From NCBI GenBank assembly GCA_002352485.1, contig DEIM01000078.1, positions 1 through 38,084 of the forward strand: DNA of 38,084 nt. Reading direction: 5' to 3'. Origin of the DNA: Candidatus Dadabacteria bacterium UBA2774 (GTDB taxonomy: Bacteria > Desulfobacterota_D > UBA1144 > Nemesobacterales > UBA2774). The notes beneath the pieces were generated by a model. That model made no database searches. It saw only the letters and a list, made by a program, of their open reading frames with translations, and had not been told where the DNA came from. The position numbers were made by a program, and so were the translations under genes. Shown here one piece after another: positions 33,044 through 38,084 of this stretch (positions are counted from its first letter, which is position 1; every line of letters starts with the position of its first letter).

Positions 33044-35992
33044 TTGAAGAGATTTACAAACACATCCAAAAAACTATCACTTATACTCATAACAGCCGCA
33101 ATCACCTACATTCTACTCGTATCACCCTGGCCAGGAAATCTGAGAAATCCTCACGGACTGGAATCCCAAGCCCAAACAAACAATCTGAATATCACACACG
33201 TTGTAATGCAGTACGTAAAACGCTACTACGTCAACCAGGGGAATATCGAACCCAAAGCTATGCTGATCGAGGGTCTTGGAACGCTTGAGAGAATACACGA
33301 CCAGATACTTGTGAGCTTTCCAAACGGGGAGGAGAGCGCGAGCTTTGAAGTCCAGACCGTAGCCGAAAAAGCGAGCTTTGACATGAGCCAGGTGGATGAC
33401 CTGGATGATGTTACTAAAACGCTCGAGCAGGTATTCGAATTCATAACTCCCCGCATATCTGACAAGGAACCTGAAATACAGAAGGTGGAATACGCTGTAC
33501 TTGACCAGATGCTTAAGTCTCTTGACCAGCACTCGGGAATAATTACTCCTGAGGTATATAAGGAATTTATGATTGAGACCGAGGGGAGCTTCGGAGGGCT
33601 CGGAATCGTGATCGGTATAAGGGACGGTGAGCTTACCGTAATATCTCCTATCGAAGGGACACCCGCCTACAGGGTTGGAATCAAACCAAATGATAGAATA
33701 GTTCAGATAGAGAACGAATCCACAGTAAACATGTCGCTTATTGAAGCGGTAAGTAAGCTCAGAGGTCGTAAGGGCACCGATGTTACTATATATATAGATA
33801 GGGAGACCTTCCCTAAGCCTAAGGAATTTAGTATCACTAGGGACACTATAAAAATCGAAAGCGTGGAGACTTTCGAGCTCGATGACGGGATAAGGTATGT
33901 GAGGATAAGGGATTTTCAAAAAAACACTCTTGACAGCATTGTTGAAAATTTGAACAACTCCCCGAACAGCCCAAGCGGTATGATAGTTGACTTAAGGGGC
34001 AACCCCGGAGGGCTGCTGGATCAGGCAGAGAGAATTTCAGACCTCTTTCTGACAAGTGGAGTAATAGTTACAACAAAGGTCGGGAACTCTGCAAAACGTT
34101 ATCATGCAAACGACAAGGACCGCCAGTACGAGGGCAAGGTTGTAGTGCTGGTGGATTCGGGCTCGGCCAGCGCATCAGAGATTGTGGCAGGAGCGCTTAA
34201 GAACAATGAGCGGGCCGTGGTGATAGGGGAGAGGACTTTCGGAAAGGGCTCTGTGCAGCAGATATTCGATATGACCGACGGCTCTGCCCTCAAACTCACA
34301 ATAGCGCAGTACCTGACCCCAGGAGATATATCCATACAGGACGTGGGCGTAACCCCGGATATTGTTCTCCATCCCGCTATTATTACCGAGGACACAGTCG
34401 TATTTGACACCACAGCGCCCAAACTCAGAAGAAATGGAAATGATAAATCTAAAAAGTCCGAGCAGGAGCTTGAAAAACCGATACATTCAATTAGATACCT
34501 GGAGAGTAATGTTGTAGAGAACGAAGAGGAGGAACCCACACCAGAGGAGGCTTTAACCCGCGAAGAAAGGCTCGAGAAGCTTGAAAAGGATTTTTATGTT
34601 TCCCTTGCCAAAGACATCCTGCTATCTTCAAATTCCCCTACAAGAAAGGACTCTCTGGACAATATACAAAATAACATCGGCCAAATAACAAAGGAGCAGG
34701 AAGATAAGATAGTGGATAAATGGCAGCTCATGGGAGTTGACTGGTCTACATCTAAAACTAATCCAGGGAGCTCGTCTGTATCGGTTAATGTATTGCCGCC
34801 GCTTCCCACTGGAAATGCAGGTGAGGAGCTCGAAGTAACAGTAGAAGTAGAAAACACAGGTCCTGAGCCAATCTACAGACTGCACGGTACTACTGATTCG
34901 GAGAACGCGATATTCGCAGGAAAGGAATTTATATACGGCAAGCTTGCTCCGGGAGAAAAGAAATCCTGGACTACCACGGTAGAGCTGCCCAAATGGTCCC
35001 TCACTAGACAGGACAGTATTACACTTGATTTTGTAGACGCAAATGATTCGAAGATAGGGGACTTTACTTTTAACGCATCGATAGAAGCGCTGCCGAGACC
35101 GCTCTATGCCTTTAATTACGAAATAGTTGATGACGGTAGATTAAACTCAAGTGGGAACGCTAACGGGATAGCCGAGACCGGTGAGATGGTAACGCTACAA
35201 CTCAGGGTCAAAAACATAGGTACCGGAGCTTCGGAGAAAACGGTTTTATCATTAAAGAACGAGTCCGGTGAAGACATATTTCTCGATAAAGGCCGGGTTG
35301 AGCTTGAAATGCTTGAGCCCGGGGAAACAAGGCAGGCCGTATTTTCCTTCCATTTACTTAAACCCTCTAATCTTGTAGAGATGGAGCTACAGATTGTGGA
35401 TGAGATATTCAGGGAAGGTATTATGAGTAAAGTGTTGATACCGGGAAAGATAAAGGATACCGAGTTTACACCAGAGGAGTCTTTTGTAACTGTGCCGCAG
35501 GCGAGTACACCTATCAGAGGCGGCAGTTATCAGGAAGCCCCTATAATAGCAATCTCGGAAAAGGATGCCGTATTCAAAACGATTGGAACAAACGGCACCT
35601 GGATAAAAATAGAGCTTGATGAGAAGCTTTTGGGCTGGATAAATAAAAGTAAAGTACAGCCTGTAGAGAACTCAAACGGCAATTTAAACGCAAAATCCTC
35701 ATACATTGAAACTTTTGAAACCCCGCCGATAATCAGCATCAGCAACCCTCCGCTCTTTACGAGCACAGGGACAGTAACCCTTAGCGGGGATGTAAATGAT
35801 AGCGACGGCATAGAGCTCATATCGGTCTTCGTTGGAGATGATAAGGTAGCGCTGCTGCCGTCTTCACAAACCAAGGTTCCCGTATCACTTGAGCTCGAAC
35901 TGAATGAGGAAGTAAACCTGATCACGATTATTGCCAAAGATACTAAGGGGCTCCTCTCTAAACAGAGCTTTGTTGTTAGAAAAGAGGGCTGA
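33044..35992 (+). CDS. Large membrane-anchored S41-family (C-terminal processing, Tsp/Ctp-like) serine peptidase with PDZ domain and a ~500-aa multi-domain C-terminal extension
   Basis: 982 aa. TTG 33044 with AAGGAG 8 nt upstream. TM anchor LSLILITAAITYILLV. PDZ domain (GGLGIVIGIRDGELTVISPIEGTPAYRVGIKPNDRIVQI). S41 blocks DLRGNPGGLL, VVLVDSGSASASEIVAGALK and GERTFGKGSVQ. The C-terminal part has two CARDB-like beta-sandwich segments, an SH3b-like segment (GTWIKIELDEKLLGWINKSKV) and an Ig-like end. Confidence 0.85.
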   Translation: MKRFTNTSKKLSLILITAAITYILLVSPWPGNLRNPHGLESQAQTNNLNITHVVMQYVKRYYVNQGNIEPKAMLIEGLGTLERIHDQILVSFPNGEESASFEVQTVAEKASFDMSQVDDLDDVTKTLEQVFEFITPRISDKEPEIQKVEYAVLDQMLKSLDQHSGIITPEVYKEFMIETEGSFGGLGIVIGIRDGELTVISPIEGTPAYRVGIKPNDRIVQIENESTVNMSLIEAVSKLRGRKGTDVTIYIDRETFPKPKEFSITRDTIKIESVETFELDDGIRYVRIRDFQKNTLDSIVENLNNSPNSPSGMIVDLRGNPGGLLDQAERISDLFLTSGVIVTTKVGNSAKRYHANDKDRQYEGKVVVLVDSGSASASEIVAGALKNNERAVVIGERTFGKGSVQQIFDMTDGSALKLTIAQYLTPGDISIQDVGVTPDIVLHPAIITEDTVVFDTTAPKLRRNGNDKSKKSEQELEKPIHSIRYLESNVVENEEEEPTPEEALTREERLEKLEKDFYVSLAKDILLSSNSPTRKDSLDNIQNNIGQITKEQEDKIVDKWQLMGVDWSTSKTNPGSSSVSVNVLPPLPTGNAGEELEVTVEVENTGPEPIYRLHGTTDSENAIFAGKEFIYGKLAPGEKKSWTTTVELPKWSLTRQDSITLDFVDANDSKIGDFTFNASIEALPRPLYAFNYEIVDDGRLNSSGNANGIAETGEMVTLQLRVKNIGTGASEKTVLSLKNESGEDIFLDKGRVELEMLEPGETRQAVFSFHLLKPSNLVEMELQIVDEIFREGIMSKVLIPGKIKDTEFTPEESFVTVPQASTPIRGGSYQEAPIIAISEKDAVFKTIGTNGTWIKIELDEKLLGWINKSKVQPVENSNGNLNAKSSYIETFETPPIISISNPPLFTSTGTVTLSGDVNDSDGIELISVFVGDDKVALLPSSQTKVPVSLELELNEEVNLITIIAKDTKGLLSKQSFVVRKEG

Positions 35993-36007
35993 TCAAGGGT
36001 TCCGGGC

Positions 36008-36940
36008 TTGATATTAAAATTCATACTGAGCCGACTATTCACCGGAATTTTCGTCATAATTGCAGTAGTCACGATTACTTTTTTTCTATTGAGGGCGCTT
36101 CCCGGAGGTCCCTTTGATACGGAAAAGAAACTACCCCCCGAGATCCAAAAAAATATAGAGGCGAAGTATAATCTGAATGAACCTGTTTGGAAGCAGTACA
36201 TCCTGTACATAAAAGGGCTTGCGAGCGGAGACTTCGGACCTTCCTATAAATACATAGACCGATCGGTTAACGACATAATAAAAGAGACTCTGCCGGTTTC
36301 TGCAGAGCTTGGGGTCATAGCGCTCTTTGTTTCCATAGCAATAGGGAGCGTTTTCGGCATCTTATCGGCAACAAAGCCTAGCGGTTTTTTGGACTTTCTG
36401 TCTGTGTCTGTTTCAACTGCTCTTGTCTCTGTCCCGAGCTTTGTAGTAGGTGCTGTGCTCATATACGTGTTCGCGGTTAAACTGAGGTGGCTTCCGGCAG
36501 CGCTCTGGGATGGTCCTGCATATATCGTGCTTCCCGCGCTTACTCTTGCCGCGGGGCCTGCAGCCTATCTGGCCCGCCTAATAAGGGCGAGCATGCTTGA
36601 GACCTCGGGGGCGCTCTTCGTCAGAACCGCCCGGGCAAAAGGACTTAGTGAATTTGCAGTAACGACAAAACACATTCTGAGAAATGCCCTGATCCCCGTA
36701 GTAACGGTAATGGGGCCGATTACGGCTTTTCTGATTACAGGCTCTTTCGTTGTAGAGCACATATTCGCTATTCCTGGAATCGGGAGATTTTTTGTGCTCG
36801 CGGTCTCGAACAGAGACTATCCGCTGGTGATGGGAATCACGATTGTGTATACGATAGTTCTGGTGTTGGCCAACCTCTTGGTGGACCTTTGCTATGTGCT
36901 TTTAGATCCTCGGATAAAGTTCGACAAGGGCGGCATATAG
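36008..36940 (+). CDS. ABC transporter permease, OppB/DppB-type
   Basis: 310 aa, TTG 36008. N-terminal LSRLFTGIFVIIAVVTITFFLLRALPGGPF and EAA-like loop FVRTARAKGLSEFAVTTKHILRNALIPVVT are typical of OppB/DppB permeases. Confidence 0.8.
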   Translation: MILKFILSRLFTGIFVIIAVVTITFFLLRALPGGPFDTEKKLPPEIQKNIEAKYNLNEPVWKQYILYIKGLASGDFGPSYKYIDRSVNDIIKETLPVSAELGVIALFVSIAIGSVFGILSATKPSGFLDFLSVSVSTALVSVPSFVVGAVLIYVFAVKLRWLPAALWDGPAYIVLPALTLAAGPAAYLARLIRASMLETSGALFVRTARAKGLSEFAVTTKHILRNALIPVVTVMGPITAFLITGSFVVEHIFAIPGIGRFFVLAVSNRDYPLVMGITIVYTIVLVLANLLVDLCYVLLDPRIKFDKGGI

Positions 36941-36943
36941 CGG

Positions 36944-37681
36944 ATGAGAAACATAAAGCTCGTTATAGAGTATGACGGCTCTGAGTACTACGGGTGGCAA
37001 CGCCAAGCAGACGGCCCTACCATTCAGGAAATGATCGAGAGCTCACTTAGTGAAATTACTGGAGAGAACATCTCTCTCTACGGTTCGGGCAGGACGGACT
37101 CCGGGGTGCATGCGTTAGGACAGGTTGCTAACTTTAACACTGATAGCAGAGTAACTGCAGAGGAATTTCAAAAGGGACTAAATTCGATACTGCCAAAGGA
37201 CATAGTAATACTTGGCTCAGAGGAAGCCGAGCCCGAATTCCATGCGCAGTTTTCCTCGAAAAGTAAGATATACCTATATAAGGTTTTAAACCGCTCGTAC
37301 AGATCGGCCCTTTTGAGAAAGAGGGTGTGGCAAGTTCCCTACAGACTTAAATTAGGCACTATGAATGAAGCCGCATGTGAGCTTGTCGGTGAGCATGACT
37401 TCAGCGCTTTCGCTCAGGCAGGTATAGAGGTGAAGAGCAAAGTAAGGACTGTGATCTCGGCGGAATTTAAGAAAAGCGGTGATGATATTCTCGAATTTAC
37501 CATAGAGGCAAACGGATTTCTGAAACGGATGGTAAGACTAATCGTAGGGACTCTGATACAGGTAGGAAAGGAGAGAATTAGCCCCGGGGAATTTGCCGTT
37601 ATATTGAATTCGGGGAATAAGAATAAGTTTGTTTTAGCGGCGCCTCCTTCGGGCTTATACCTTAAAGAGGTTAAATACTAA
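36944..37681 (+). CDS. truA: tRNA pseudouridine(38-40) synthase
   Basis: 245 aa. IEYDGSEYYGWQRQ and catalytic Asp in GSGRTDSGVHALGQV. Confidence 0.9.
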   Translation: MRNIKLVIEYDGSEYYGWQRQADGPTIQEMIESSLSEITGENISLYGSGRTDSGVHALGQVANFNTDSRVTAEEFQKGLNSILPKDIVILGSEEAEPEFHAQFSSKSKIYLYKVLNRSYRSALLRKRVWQVPYRLKLGTMNEAACELVGEHDFSAFAQAGIEVKSKVRTVISAEFKKSGDDILEFTIEANGFLKRMVRLIVGTLIQVGKERISPGEFAVILNSGNKNKFVLAAPPSGLYLKEVKY

Positions 37682-37785
37682 AGCACAGTTGCTACCTGAT
37701 ATTAAAGAAGGATCAATTAACCACCCGGCGATGCTAAATCTAATTCCCAGCAAACTGAGACTTATTCTTTCTTCTTTTGCATGAT

Positions 37786-38030
37786 CACACACGAAGTGTG
37801 AATTACTAAAAGCTGGCAAAAATCACCGACTGGACACACACATAGTGTGAATCTACGATCGTGCCTTAAAGTCTGAATATTTCCATAACAATTCGATGTT
37901 AAGTAGAAATCGTATGTCTGTACGCACAGCGTATACGCTAAAAATAAATTCTGGTAGTTGTATGATCCTTATAATTCCACCCACACCCCGTATAAGGTTT
38001 TTAACGCGGACACATAGTGTCCATTCATAC
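37786..38030. repeat. Three dispersed copies of a short palindromic motif, (C/G)ACAC-N3-GTGT(G/C) followed by (A)ATTC/AAT..TAC
   Basis: CACACACGAAGTGTGAATTAC (37786-37806), GACACACACATAGTGTGAATCTAC (37833-37856) and GGACACATAGTGTCCATTCATAC (38008-38030). All lie in the 400-bp non-coding stretch after truA. Confidence 0.6.
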
Positions 38031-38084
38031 GGTTTCTACATAGCTTATGAGTTAGGATAAACAGATGAGCTTCTCGTGAACCTC

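Noticed and set aside
33122-33919. 265-aa minus-strand ORF, and similar long antisense ORFs at 35530-36210, 7128-7529, 8415-8786, 9558-9926, 15495-15947 and 34102-34539.
   Set aside because: All lie antisense inside genes with strong family signatures (S41 peptidase, OppB, gltB, nadE, GT2). Their translations are Ser/Leu/Arg-rich low-complexity strings without motifs or plausible SDs. They are shadow ORFs.
1-38084. CRISPR arrays, tRNA/rRNA genes, transposases/IS ends, toxin-antitoxin pairs, reverse transcriptases and restriction-modification or other defence genes.
   Set aside because: I found no regularly spaced repeats, no cloverleaf-like or rRNA-like segments, and no ORF with DDE/integrase/RT/nuclease signatures. 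The accessory character of the window lies in envelope biogenesis, not in defence or mobility.

Overview
38-kb bacterial chromosomal window, moderately AT-rich and densely coding. I recognise no rRNA, tRNA, CRISPR array, transposase or integrase. All family calls come from motif recognition by eye; no searches were run.

Left arm (1-10.9 kb): two response regulators (one with an unusual N-terminal HTH and C-terminal receiver), an aldehyde dehydrogenase with no canonical start codon, and housekeeping gltB-gltD and nadE on the minus strand.

Centre (about 11.0-27.4 kb), an envelope glycosylation island:
- a CPBP intramembrane protease;
- six polytopic GT-C-type glycosyltransferases: two PimE/PIG-M-like paralogues, two tandem PIG-V-like paralogues, one PMT/GT39-like, and one ALG6/8- or Gpi18-like;
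- two GT2 polyprenyl-phosphate-sugar synthases (Dpm1/Ppm1-like and ALG5/GtrB-like);
- a GtrA-family protein and an SGNH-like protein;
- a secreted FG-GAP/ASPIC propeller;
- a GMC flavoprotein whose Tat-signal small subunit lies across a divergent promoter, next to a parvulin lipoprotein.

Right arm:
- thiI;
- a strongly terminated two-gene operon for paralogous secreted proteins of no family I recognise; one ends in a Pro/Thr linker + GSGSC-AIAG + TM helix + RRRKK sorting-type tail;
- a roughly 1-kb non-coding gap with duplicated sigma70-like promoters and a perfect 23-bp tandem duplication;
- a 982-aa S41/PDZ peptidase, an orphan OppB-type permease and truA;
- a non-coding tail with three copies of a palindromic motif.

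The best candidates for an undescribed system are the lipid-carrier-dependent glycosylation island and the secreted paralogue pair with its Cys-containing C-terminal sorting signal. The two may be functionally connected.
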